Shown: positions 28,413 through 37,664 of the stretch, piece by piece
Position numbering within the stretch: position 1 is the stretch's first letter
Layout of the letters: each line of letters begins with the position of its first letter
Origin: an uncultured Clostridia bacterium
GTDB taxonomy: Bacteria > Bacillota > Clostridia > Christensenellales > UBA1242
Direction: 5' to 3'
DNA: 64,000 bases
Assembly: GCA_937992055.1 (NCBI GenBank)
Contig: CALKLQ010000004.1
Coordinates: forward strand, 9,136 to 73,135
Notes under the pieces: generated by a model
Told to the model about the DNA's origin: nothing
What the model saw: only the letters and a program-made list of their open reading frames with translations
Database searches by the model: none
Program-made: the position numbers and the translations under genes

Positions 28413-31400
28413 ATGGATAATTTTGTGCATTTGCATGTACATACTGAATATAGTCTTTTAGATGGTGCTACAAAGATTGATGAGCTTGTTGCAACCTGTA
28501 AAGAGAGGGGTTGTCCAGCAGTTGCAATTACCGATCATGGAAACATGTATGGTGCGATAAACTTTTTTGAAACCTGTTTAAAACATCAGATAAAACCCAT
28601 TATAGGTTGTGAGTTTTACATTTGTCATAACCTAAACAAAAAAGAGGGCAAGGCTGATATTGGTCACCTTGTTTTGCTTGCAAAAAACGAGGTGGGATAT
28701 CAAAACCTTTTAAAACTAAATTCCATTGCCTTTGTTAAAGGCTTTTACTACAAACCAAGAATAGATTACGATGTGTTAAAAGAGCACTGCGAGGGGTTGA
28801 TTTGTCTAAGTGCCTGTCTGGCCGGGCACATTCCTCAACTTATTCTTCAAAGACGCTATGATGAGGCGGAACAGCTTGCACTTAAAATGCGTGACATGTT
28901 TGGGGAAGATTTTTATCTAGAAATTCAAAATCATGGTTTGGCGGACCAAATTGAAATTTTAGAGCCTATGGAAAAGCTTTCTAAAAAGACGGGAATAAAG
29001 CTAGTGGCTACCAATGACGTTCACTATCTAAAAAAGGAAGATTCCGAGGCGCAAGATGTTCTTCTTTGTGTTCAGATGAACAAACAGGTTGATGACCCAG
29101 ACAGAATGAAGTTTGAAACTCAGGAGTTTTATCTTAAAACAGAAGATGAGATGAGGCTGGCTTTAAATGGTTATGAACAGGCGCTTCAAACAACTTTAGA
29201 GATTGCGGAAAAGTGTGACCTTGTAATAAAGAGCAAATCACATGGAGATATAAAGGGCGTTGACAAAAAGTATGTGCTTGCTGCAAATGAAAACTTTATT
29301 CCGCTCTATAGTGTGGAAGGAATGACCACCTATGAATTTTTAAGAAAGATGACTTTTGATGGTTTAAAAAGAATTTATGGCGACTATGACCAAGTGATAA
29401 AAGATAGGGCGGAGATGGAACTTCAAATCATCAATGAACAGGGTTTTGTCGAGTACTTTTTAGTTGTTTGGGATTATGTTAACTATGCTAAAAGTCAGGG
29501 TATACCAGTTGGACCTGGAAGAGGTTCTGGCGCGGGAAGTATTGTAGCTTATGCTATTGGAATAACCATGGTTGACCCCATGAAATACTCCTTGTTGTTT
29601 GAGAGATTTATCAACAAGGAAAGAATATCTATGCCCGATTTTGATATTGACTTTTGTCCAATTAGAACTCCTGAAGTAGTTGATTATGTAAAAAGAAAAT
29701 ATGGCGAAGACCATGTTGCCATGATAATTACCTTTGGTACAATGGCGGCGAAAAACGCACTTAGAGATGTTGCAAGAGTTATGAGAATGCCTCTTTCACA
29801 GGTTGATAAACTTACCAAACAAATACCATTAAAACTTCCGGACGGAATTAAAAAACCTCCCGTATTAAAATATTATTTTGGAACAACGGGCAAACCGGAG
29901 AATGATAAATTTATTGTACCGGACCTAAGAAGGGCGTATGAAGAGGATGACTTTGTAAAAAGGGTGGTCAATCTTGCTATTAAACTTGAGGGAACTCCAA
30001 GAAATACCTCTGTTCATGCTGCCGGCGTTCTGATTGCTCCAAGACCTGTCGATGATTTTGTTCCACTTGCAAAAAATGGCGATGATGTTACAACCCAGTA
30101 TAACATGATTGAGCTTGAGCATTTAGGTCTTTTAAAAATGGACTTTTTAAGATTAAAAACGCTAACCGATATTGATGACGCGGTTAAAAATGTTAAAAAA
30201 AATAAGGGAATTGACATAGACTTTTACAACATGGAATATGACGATGCCAATGTGTACAACCTTATAAGTACGGGTAGCACCGAGGCAATATTCCAGTTGG
30301 AAGGTGGCGGAATGCAAAAGTTCATGAAGGACCTAAAGCCGGACTGTCTAGAAGATATCATAGCGGGTGTGGCTTTATATCGTCCTGGTCCTATGGATTC
30401 CATTCCAAGATATATCGATGGCAAAAGAAATCCAGAAAACATTGTGTACGACCATCCTTGTTTAGAGCCAATTTTGAACGTGACTTATGGTTGTATAGTG
30501 TATCAAGAACAGGTTATGCAAATCTTTCAGGTTATGGGTGGTTACACCTTTGCTCAGGCGGACAATGTTAGAAGAATCATGGGTAAAAAGAAAAAGGAAC
30601 TCATGCCTATAGAAAAAAAGAAATTCATTTATGGCGAGGAGGAAACTGGAATACCAGGGGCAATCAAGCTTGGAATTTCCGAAGAGGTTGCAGAAAAGGT
30701 ATTTGGTGAGATGGAAAGTTTTGCTAGTTATGCCTTCAACAAATCACATGCAGCAGCTTATGCATATCTGACCTATCAAACTGCTTACTTAAAATGTTAT
30801 CATGAGGTTGAGTTTATTACCGCAGTTATCAACAACAGAATAACAAACCTAGATGAAATTAAAAAATATGTTTTGTACGCAAAAAAGGAAAACATTGAGG
30901 TTCTGCCTCCAGATATAAACCATTCATATTCCGTCTTTACTGTTGAAGATGGCAAGATACGTTTTGGTCTTGGTGGACTTAAAAACGTGGGTGTTGGTGT
31001 TATTGACTCAATCGTTAAAGAACGTGACCAAAATGGAAAATTTTTGGACTTTATGGACTTTGTTTCAAGAGTTGACACTCTTGCACTTAACAAACGTTGT
31101 TTGGAAAGCTTGATTTTAAGCGGAGCCTTTGATTGTTTTGGAAAATATAGAAGCCAACTGATGAATGTTTTTGACCTTGCTGTAGAGCGTACCATGCGTG
31201 ACAGAAAGAGTAGGGCAACCGGTCAGTTTTCATTATTTGATGTGGATAACACAATGAAAAAATACGATGATTTAGATTATCCAAACATAAAGGAATTTAG
31301 CAAAGATACAAAGCTTAAGCATGAAAAAGAGGTGGTTGGAATTTACGTTTCTGGGCATCCTCTTGATGAATATATGGATAGATTTAGTGGGTTTTCTTTG

Positions 31401-31982
31401 ACTTCTGACATGTTATTTAAGGAGGAGCCTGAGGGCGATGAGGATATGCTTCAAGAACAGTCTTTAGGCTTTGAAGATGGCTCGCCTTTTACTTGTGGAG
31501 GAATTATTACAGAAATTTCAAGAAAGACCACCAAAAGCAACAGAGAGATGGCGTTTTTAAAGCTAGAAGATTTAATGGGGTCTATGGAGATTATGCTTTT
31601 CCCTAATATTTATGCTAGATATAAAAACCTTTTGGAAGAAGACAAAATGGTGTCTATCAGTGGAAAGTTTTCGATAAAAGATGGTGGAATAACTCTTATT
31701 GCAGACAATTTGAGTTTTTGGAAAAAGGAAGAGGAACAAACCAAAGAAATTAAACCTCATGGGGCAATTTGCGTGGTTTTTGACACCGATGATGAGGCTT
31801 TAAAAAAGGAGATTTTGTCCTTGACTGGCGAATATATTGGTGACGATGATGTCTACTTTAAATCTAAAATAACAAAGAAAAGTTTCAAGTGCACAAAGAC
31901 AACTAAGATTAATACCAACTTAATCAATGACCTAATAGGGCTTTTAGGCGAGGAAAACTTAATAGTAAAGGAGGGCGTATGA
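28413..31982 (+). CDS. dnaE: DNA polymerase III alpha subunit, DnaE type
   Basis: N-terminal PHP domain FVHLHVHTEYSLLDG, polymerase core, and C-terminal OB fold. 1189 aa. No PolC-type internal exonuclease. Confidence 0.95.
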   Translation: MDNFVHLHVHTEYSLLDGATKIDELVATCKERGCPAVAITDHGNMYGAINFFETCLKHQIKPIIGCEFYICHNLNKKEGKADIGHLVLLAKNEVGYQNLLKLNSIAFVKGFYYKPRIDYDVLKEHCEGLICLSACLAGHIPQLILQRRYDEAEQLALKMRDMFGEDFYLEIQNHGLADQIEILEPMEKLSKKTGIKLVATNDVHYLKKEDSEAQDVLLCVQMNKQVDDPDRMKFETQEFYLKTEDEMRLALNGYEQALQTTLEIAEKCDLVIKSKSHGDIKGVDKKYVLAANENFIPLYSVEGMTTYEFLRKMTFDGLKRIYGDYDQVIKDRAEMELQIINEQGFVEYFLVVWDYVNYAKSQGIPVGPGRGSGAGSIVAYAIGITMVDPMKYSLLFERFINKERISMPDFDIDFCPIRTPEVVDYVKRKYGEDHVAMIITFGTMAAKNALRDVARVMRMPLSQVDKLTKQIPLKLPDGIKKPPVLKYYFGTTGKPENDKFIVPDLRRAYEEDDFVKRVVNLAIKLEGTPRNTSVHAAGVLIAPRPVDDFVPLAKNGDDVTTQYNMIELEHLGLLKMDFLRLKTLTDIDDAVKNVKKNKGIDIDFYNMEYDDANVYNLISTGSTEAIFQLEGGGMQKFMKDLKPDCLEDIIAGVALYRPGPMDSIPRYIDGKRNPENIVYDHPCLEPILNVTYGCIVYQEQVMQIFQVMGGYTFAQADNVRRIMGKKKKELMPIEKKKFIYGEEETGIPGAIKLGISEEVAEKVFGEMESFASYAFNKSHAAAYAYLTYQTAYLKCYHEVEFITAVINNRITNLDEIKKYVLYAKKENIEVLPPDINHSYSVFTVEDGKIRFGLGGLKNVGVGVIDSIVKERDQNGKFLDFMDFVSRVDTLALNKRCLESLILSGAFDCFGKYRSQLMNVFDLAVERTMRDRKSRATGQFSLFDVDNTMKKYDDLDYPNIKEFSKDTKLKHEKEVVGIYVSGHPLDEYMDRFSGFSLTSDMLFKEEPEGDEDMLQEQSLGFEDGSPFTCGGIITEISRKTTKSNREMAFLKLEDLMGSMEIMLFPNIYARYKNLLEEDKMVSISGKFSIKDGGITLIADNLSFWKKEEEQTKEIKPHGAICVVFDTDDEALKKEILSLTGEYIGDDDVYFKSKITKKSFKCTKTTKINTNLINDLIGLLGEENLIVKEGV

Positions 31983-32830
31983 ACCTACTAATTTTAGCAA
32001 GCGGCGGAGATGCTCCTGGCATGAATGCGTGTTTGTATGAGATTTGTAAGGGCTTAAAAAAACATAACCTTTTTGCCTCGCTCTATGGCTTCAGAGGACT
32101 GGTAGAAAATAAAATCACTCCCGTCAACTTAAAAAAATTACAAGCTGAAAGCAAAAAAGCTGGAGTTTTATATAAAACTTCCAGATGTGAGGAGTTTAAA
32201 ACCCAACTTGGTTTTAAAAAGTCATTAAAAAATTTGGAAAAGAATAAAATTGACGTAGTTGTTATTTTAGGTGGAGATGGCTCATTTAAAGGAGCAAAAG
32301 AACTTGTAAATAATGGAATAAAGGTCATTTTTATTCCATCAACAATAGACAACGATATGCCTTTTGAGGTTTCTTGCATTGGTTATAATACCGCGGTTAA
32401 TGCTTGTTTAAACTACATAAATAACGTCATGCCAAGTATGGAGGCCTTTGACAGGGGTTGTGTTTTTGAGGTTATGGGAAGAAACAACCCATCCATTTGT
32501 AAGTGTTGCGGGGAAAGAGCTAATGCAGGTCTTGTTATAGTTAGCCAACAAGACACCTTGACTATTGACTTTAATAAAAATTCCAATATTGTGATTCTTC
32601 AAGAAAATCTTTTAAATAAAGATGTGGTTGCAAAAAGGTTGGAAGAAAAATATGGTTTTGAGTTTAAAAGCGCAAGTGTTGGTTATGTTCAGCGTGGAAC
32701 GGCTCCAACAAAGGAGGAAATTAAACTTTGTAAATGTTATGCCAAACTTGCAATCAAGGCAATCAAAGCAGGTGCTTTTCCATGCTTATTAAACATTTTG
32801 AACTCAGAACAAACAATAATTCCGTTGTGA
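31979..32830 (+). CDS. pfkA: ATP-dependent 6-phosphofructokinase, short divergent form
   Basis: ASGGDAPGMNA, LGGDGS, TIDND and MGR motifs. 283 aa versus about 320 typical. GYVQRGT replaces G.IQRGG. Confidence 0.78.
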   Translation: MNLLILASGGDAPGMNACLYEICKGLKKHNLFASLYGFRGLVENKITPVNLKKLQAESKKAGVLYKTSRCEEFKTQLGFKKSLKNLEKNKIDVVVILGGDGSFKGAKELVNNGIKVIFIPSTIDNDMPFEVSCIGYNTAVNACLNYINNVMPSMEAFDRGCVFEVMGRNNPSICKCCGERANAGLVIVSQQDTLTIDFNKNSNIVILQENLLNKDVVAKRLEEKYGFEFKSASVGYVQRGTAPTKEEIKLCKCYAKLAIKAIKAGAFPCLLNILNSEQTIIPL

Positions 32831-32951
32831 AATCTTGTCAAATAACTAAACACTTTAAAATTTTGGCATAAAATGTTGAAAATAGTTGAAAAATGGGTTA
32901 AACTATCGTAAAAAGTAAAAATTTCAATAAAAAAAATAAAAAGGAGAAATC

Positions 32952-33509
32952 ATGCTTGTCATCATTTCAGGCTGCTCGGGAGTTGGTAAAGGAACTGTCA
33001 TAGGAGAGCTTTTAAAAAAAATTCCAAATTCTCAATTTTTAAAAACTTGCACAACAAGAAAAATTAGAGAATCTGAATATGGAGCAGACGAAAAATGTCC
33101 CTATATTTTTGTCACAAAAGAGGAGTTTGACCAAAAGATAAAGGATGACCAGTTTATTGAGTATGAAGAAATTCACAAAAACTTTTATGGAATGCTCAAA
33201 CAAACTGTAAATTCAATCATTGGAAGCGACAAAATTTATTTTAAAGATTTTGGTGTTTTGGGCAAACTCAATGTTTCAAGATATTTGGAAGGAAAGGAAA
33301 AAGTTTTATCTATTTTTTTAACCGCTCCAAGAGATGAGCTGGTAAAAAGACTTAAACAAAGAGGTGAGGCTGACATTGATTTGAGGCTTTCAAGAATGGA
33401 ATTTGAAATGTCTTATATATCTCATTATGACTATGTTATCAATAATATTAATCTGGACAAAACGGTAAAAAAAATTGAAGCTTTGATTAAAAAACACAAC
33501 AAAATTTGA
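32952..33509 (+). CDS. gmk: guanylate kinase
   Basis: P-loop SGCSGVGKGT and TTRKIRESE..YIFVTKEEF..EYEEIHKNFYG pattern. Confidence 0.8.
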   Translation: MLVIISGCSGVGKGTVIGELLKKIPNSQFLKTCTTRKIRESEYGADEKCPYIFVTKEEFDQKIKDDQFIEYEEIHKNFYGMLKQTVNSIIGSDKIYFKDFGVLGKLNVSRYLEGKEKVLSIFLTAPRDELVKRLKQRGEADIDLRLSRMEFEMSYISHYDYVINNINLDKTVKKIEALIKKHNKI

Positions 33510-33657
33510 GCTTGTTTATGAGCGTTAGAATTTTTAAATTTTCTTCAAATTAATTTATTTAATAAAAAGTTTATTTTTAAAAAACTTTGTTCCTTAAAAA
33601 CTTGATTGAAAGGTTTTTGATGTGATAACATATAATAGTAAATAGCATTATATTATC

Positions 33658-33789
33658 GGAAGTTTTGTCTGAAAGCGCCGTAAGGCATTTTCAAGCAAAA
33701 CTGATGCTAATTCAAACAGGAAGTGCTTGAGGAATCAAGCATATTGCGAAGCAATAATAAAATGTGAGTGAAGCGAACATTTTACTTCC
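33658..33789. repeat. intergenic repeat family 2, full-length copy C
   Basis: About 90 percent identical by eye to the reverse complement of 42490-42620. About 10-bp terminal inverted repeat TATcGGAAGT / ACTTCCTATA. Three consecutive hairpins in the right half. Confidence 0.7.
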
Positions 33790-33834
33790 TATAGTTTAGT
33801 TTGATGCAAAGCTAATTTTAAAGGAGAGCAAATT

Positions 33835-34404
33835 ATGGCTTGGTGGGGATATTTAATTATTGCAATTGTGGTAATTGCACTTGTTTTTGTAATTTGGGCA
33901 ATATCAGTTTATAACACCCTTATTAAAATGAAAAACAATGTAGACGAAGCTTTTTCAACTATGGATGTCTATATGAAAAAGAGATATGATTTGATTCCAA
34001 ATCTTGTTGAAACTGTAAAGGGATATGCTAAACATGAGAGTGAAACCTTGGAAAAGGTAATTTCCGCAAGAAACTTGGCGGTTAACTCAACCACTCCTGA
34101 AGAGCAAATAAAAAATGAGAAAAATTTAACAAGTGCTCTTAAAACTCTTTTCAATGTTGTTGTTGAAAGATACCCTGATTTAAAGGCAAATCAAAACTTT
34201 ATCGATTTGCAAAATTCACTTAAATCTATTGAGAGTGAAATTGCTAGTTCTAGAAAGTATTATAATGGCACTGTTAAAGTTTACAATGTTAAAAGAGAGG
34301 TTTTTCCTTCAAACATAATTGCAAGTATGTTTAAGTTTGAAAAAAGAACTCTTTATGAAATTACAAATGAGGAACAAAGAGAGACAGTTAAGGTTCAATT
34401 TTAA
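33835..34404 (+). CDS. lemA: LemA family membrane protein
   Basis: N-terminal TM helix, then YNTLIKMKNNVDEAFSTMDVYMKKRYDLIPNLVETVKGYAKHE, typical of LemA. Confidence 0.9.
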   Translation: MAWWGYLIIAIVVIALVFVIWAISVYNTLIKMKNNVDEAFSTMDVYMKKRYDLIPNLVETVKGYAKHESETLEKVISARNLAVNSTTPEEQIKNEKNLTSALKTLFNVVVERYPDLKANQNFIDLQNSLKSIESEIASSRKYYNGTVKVYNVKREVFPSNIIASMFKFEKRTLYEITNEEQRETVKVQF

Positions 34405-36368
34405 TGGGACAAAACATTTTTAAAACATATTTAAGTAAAATTGTTAGCATAGCATTTTCATTGCTTATGCTAATAATTTGTTTTTTTCCAGGAGTATTTT
34501 CCCTTTTATTCAAGGTGGATGTAAATGTGGAAGATAACTCCAATGAATATGTCATTGAAAGATATGATGTTGACGTTAAGGTAAGGCAAGATAATAGTTT
34601 TTACATAACCGAAAAAGTTCTTGCCAATTTTTTTGTTCCTTCCAATGGGATTTATAGAACTCTACCAAAAAGTGCAGAAGTAAGATTTGAAGAGGGTGGA
34701 AAAAAATATAGTTTAAATTACAAGGTCAAATATTCTTCAGTGATTTCTTCCCAACTTTATAAAACGGACAGTAGTAGTTCTAACTTTGTCTTTGTTCAGC
34801 TTGGAAGACTTGGTGCAAATTATTTGGGCGAAAAAGAGTTTGAACTTAGTTATGTTGTCTATCTTGGAGATGACAGAATAGGAGATTTCGACCAGTTTTA
34901 TTTTAATTTAATAGGGAACTATTGGGATACAAAAATAAACAATACAAACATAACCATCAACTTTTATAAACCAGTAGAAAATCAAATGTATTTTTATATG
35001 GGCGAATATGGAAGTGATAGTGGTGCGGTTGTTTCTGCAAATGAGGATAAAACTACCTTTGCTTATTCTTCAAATCAAACCCTTTTACCTGGAGAGGGCT
35101 TGACGGCAAGAGTTAAATTGCCACAAGGTTATTTTGAAGTTTCAAGAAGTTTTAGGTTCGATATAATTTTGTTGGTGCTAGTCATTATCTTTGCCGTTAT
35201 CATCATTTTCACTTTTAAAAGGACTCACAACAAGGGTATTTTAATTCCCGTTGTCAACTTTGAACCACCAAAAGAAGTCAATTCTGCTGAGGTGGGATAT
35301 CTTATCGATGGCAAGGTTGACAATGCAGATGTGGCATCCTTAATTGTTTATTGGGCATCAAAAGGATATTTAAAAATTAGGGAGAAAGGAAAAAATTTAT
35401 TTTTAAGCAAACTCCAAACCCCTCAAAACCTAAAAAAATATGAGCAAACTCTTTTTGATAAAATATTTGAAAGCGAGTATCTTCACGAGGGGCAAAACGA
35501 AAAAGAGGTTGATGTTAAAACTCTGGGTGAAAAGATATACATGGAAGTCTTTTCCCTTAAAAAACAAATTGAAAAAGAAAACAAAGATAAAATTTTTAAA
35601 CAGTCCGCAGTGACTGCAAGAACCACATTCTCTTTTTTGTCCGCTATAATTATGGGACTAGTTACCTTTAAAGTCAATTATCAACAAGTTAGCTTTGTGA
35701 GAATTGTTATTGGTCTATTTATTTCATTAGTTTGGTTCTTTGTACTTTTAGGTTTAATTGCTATAAAAGACAAATTTGGAACCTATAACAATCAAAAGAA
35801 AAAGACTAAAATCATCTTTTTTTCAATTGCTTCAGTTTTAATTTTATCTGCCTATAGCTTTGTTACTTATAATTTTTATTGTGACCCCTTCTTTTTGACC
35901 TTTTTAGCTGTAATTTTAGCAATTATTTCAGTATTATTGATTTACAAGCTCAACATAAGAACCGATTATGGTCTAAAAATTCAGGGTGAGTTGGTTGGTC
36001 TTAGGGAGTTTATTGAACTTGCAGAAAAGGATAGGCTGGAGATGCTGGTAAAAGAAAACCCTCAAGCTTTTTATGAAATTTTGCCTTTTGCCTATGTTTT
36101 GGGCGTAAGTGAGGTTTGGATTAACAAGTTTGAAAATATTGCTATCGACATTCCAACTTGGTATAGTTCAGATTCAGACTTTTTAACTAGCTATCTTTTA
36201 ATTAGAACGCTAGATGTAAATTTGCGTAGAATTAACACACAAATTAATTTTAAACCGGTTTCAAATTCATCAGGTAGTGGAAGAATTGGCGGAAGTGGCG
36301 GTGGAAGAATTGGTGGCGGTGGCTTTAGTGGAGGCGGCTTTGGCGGAGGCGGTGGAGGTCGCTGGTAA
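34404..36368 (+). CDS. DUF2207-family membrane protein (LemA partner)
   Basis: N-terminal TM, large external domain, multi-TM C-terminal half and a glycine-rich tail (GSGGGRIGGGGFSGGGFGGGGGGRW). TAATG coupling to lemA. Confidence 0.8.
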   Translation: MGQNIFKTYLSKIVSIAFSLLMLIICFFPGVFSLLFKVDVNVEDNSNEYVIERYDVDVKVRQDNSFYITEKVLANFFVPSNGIYRTLPKSAEVRFEEGGKKYSLNYKVKYSSVISSQLYKTDSSSSNFVFVQLGRLGANYLGEKEFELSYVVYLGDDRIGDFDQFYFNLIGNYWDTKINNTNITINFYKPVENQMYFYMGEYGSDSGAVVSANEDKTTFAYSSNQTLLPGEGLTARVKLPQGYFEVSRSFRFDIILLVLVIIFAVIIIFTFKRTHNKGILIPVVNFEPPKEVNSAEVGYLIDGKVDNADVASLIVYWASKGYLKIREKGKNLFLSKLQTPQNLKKYEQTLFDKIFESEYLHEGQNEKEVDVKTLGEKIYMEVFSLKKQIEKENKDKIFKQSAVTARTTFSFLSAIIMGLVTFKVNYQQVSFVRIVIGLFISLVWFFVLLGLIAIKDKFGTYNNQKKKTKIIFFSIASVLILSAYSFVTYNFYCDPFFLTFLAVILAIISVLLIYKLNIRTDYGLKIQGELVGLREFIELAEKDRLEMLVKENPQAFYEILPFAYVLGVSEVWINKFENIAIDIPTWYSSDSDFLTSYLLIRTLDVNLRRINTQINFKPVSNSSGSGRIGGSGGGRIGGGGFSGGGFGGGGGGRW

Positions 36369-36562
36369 ATGAACTTTGTTCATGTGAATAATAAAGGCCC
36401 AAAAAACTTCAAACCTTGTTTTAGTTTATTAAATCAATATATAAAAGCTTTTATATCTAATAGACAAATATTTAAAAGTTGGCATTATTTTGAACTGTTT
36501 GAAATGTGATAACATTTATTGAAGCAAAATACACTTTGATTAAATTAGAAATTGTATTTTAG

Positions 36563-36602
36563 AAAAAAGTTAACCACTAATTTATGCGGTTAACTTTTTT
36601 TA
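36563..36602. terminator. bidirectional terminator between DUF2207 and holA
   Basis: aaaaaagttaacc..loop..ggttaacttttttt. Confidence 0.7.
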
Positions 36603-36722
36603 ATAATTGGGTTTTTATTTTTTTTAAATTTGTTAAAGTTTAACAAAACAAACTGTTGTTTATAAAAAAGATTGAAGAAAATAGGTTGCTTAATTGCTCT
36701 TTATTATGAGTCTATAGCTATT

Positions 36723-37664
36723 TTATCTTAAAATATTAAAAATCAACATATAAAATGCATTTAGAAGGGGAAGTTCGCCCATTTTTATTTTATAATCAAC
36801 CTCCTCGCAAAGATACATTATTTTTTTAAGTGCAACTGTTTGAAATTTGGTTGCATTCTGTCTGGCTTTTGATATTGCAAAAGGTTTTACACCAAGTCTA
36901 GATGCGAGTTCTTGGTCATTCAATGTGCTTGTTTTTGCTAAAAACATTCTTCTGATGTTTGAGTAGATTAAGGCTAAAATTGAATTTAAATCTTGTTTTG
37001 ATTCTAGCATTTTTTTAATTTGAACAAATGCCTTGTCATTTTGTTTTTGAACTAAAAAACCTATTAGTGAAAAAACTTCAAATTCCTCGTTTGACTTTAC
37101 AACTTGTTCTATGTCTTCTAGCTCAATAGTTTGTTTCGAGGAATAACTAATCAGTTTGATAAGCTCGTTATTTAATTTTGACAAGTTATTGTCACATTTC
37201 AAAATGAGATTTTTACATGCTTCAACAGTAATCATTTTATTGTATTTTTTTAATTTGTTGAAAATCATATTTTGCTGTTCTTGAATGGAAAATTCATTTT
37301 GTAAATATATCGCATTTTTTAAATTAGTAAAATCATTATTGGCGTCCAAAATCAAAAGTGTGGTGGATGGGTTAGGATTTTCTAGATATTTTTTTAATTC
37401 ATCAAATTTATTTAATCTAACATTTTTTAAAACAACCATACGCTTGTTTGAAATAAAAGGAAGTTGGGCACAGGTTGCCAAAAACAAATTGTAATCAAAG
37501 TTTTCTTCATCAAAAAGGTTGTAATTTAATTCTTCATATTCTAGCGAGATAGCCTTTTTTAAAATTTTTAAAGTAAGGTTTTGCAGGTAAAAATCATTGC
37601 TACAAAGAATATAGCAATTAGCCGTGTCATTTGTTATGTTTGTCAACTTTAATTTAGGCTCCAT
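36723..37664 (-). CDS. holA: DNA polymerase III delta subunit
   Basis: 313 aa. Immediately downstream of and overlapping comEC, the conserved Firmicute comEC-holA arrangement. Helical C-terminal domain. Confidence 0.75.
   Translation of the reverse strand: MEPKLKLTNITNDTANCYILCSNDFYLQNLTLKILKKAISLEYEELNYNLFDEENFDYNLFLATCAQLPFISNKRMVVLKNVRLNKFDELKKYLENPNPSTTLLILDANNDFTNLKNAIYLQNEFSIQEQQNMIFNKLKKYNKMITVEACKNLILKCDNNLSKLNNELIKLISYSSKQTIELEDIEQVVKSNEEFEVFSLIGFLVQKQNDKAFVQIKKMLESKQDLNSILALIYSNIRRMFLAKTSTLNDQELASRLGVKPFAISKARQNATKFQTVALKKIMYLCEEVDYKIKMGELPLLNAFYMLIFNILR

Noticed and set aside
33784-33812. dif-like site: ACTTCCTATAGTTTAGTTTGATGCAAAGCT resembles the left arm of B. subtilis dif (ACTTCCTAGAA...)
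   Set aside because: Only the first 8-10 nt match, and these are the terminal inverted repeat of the family-2 element, also present at 42484-42494. The central region and right arm do not align without gaps.
36290-36368. GC-rich glycine codon repeats at the 3' end of the DUF2207 gene as a separate repeat feature
   Set aside because: A glycine-rich C-terminal tail is, as far as I recall, a common feature of DUF2207 proteins, so it is explained by the CDS.
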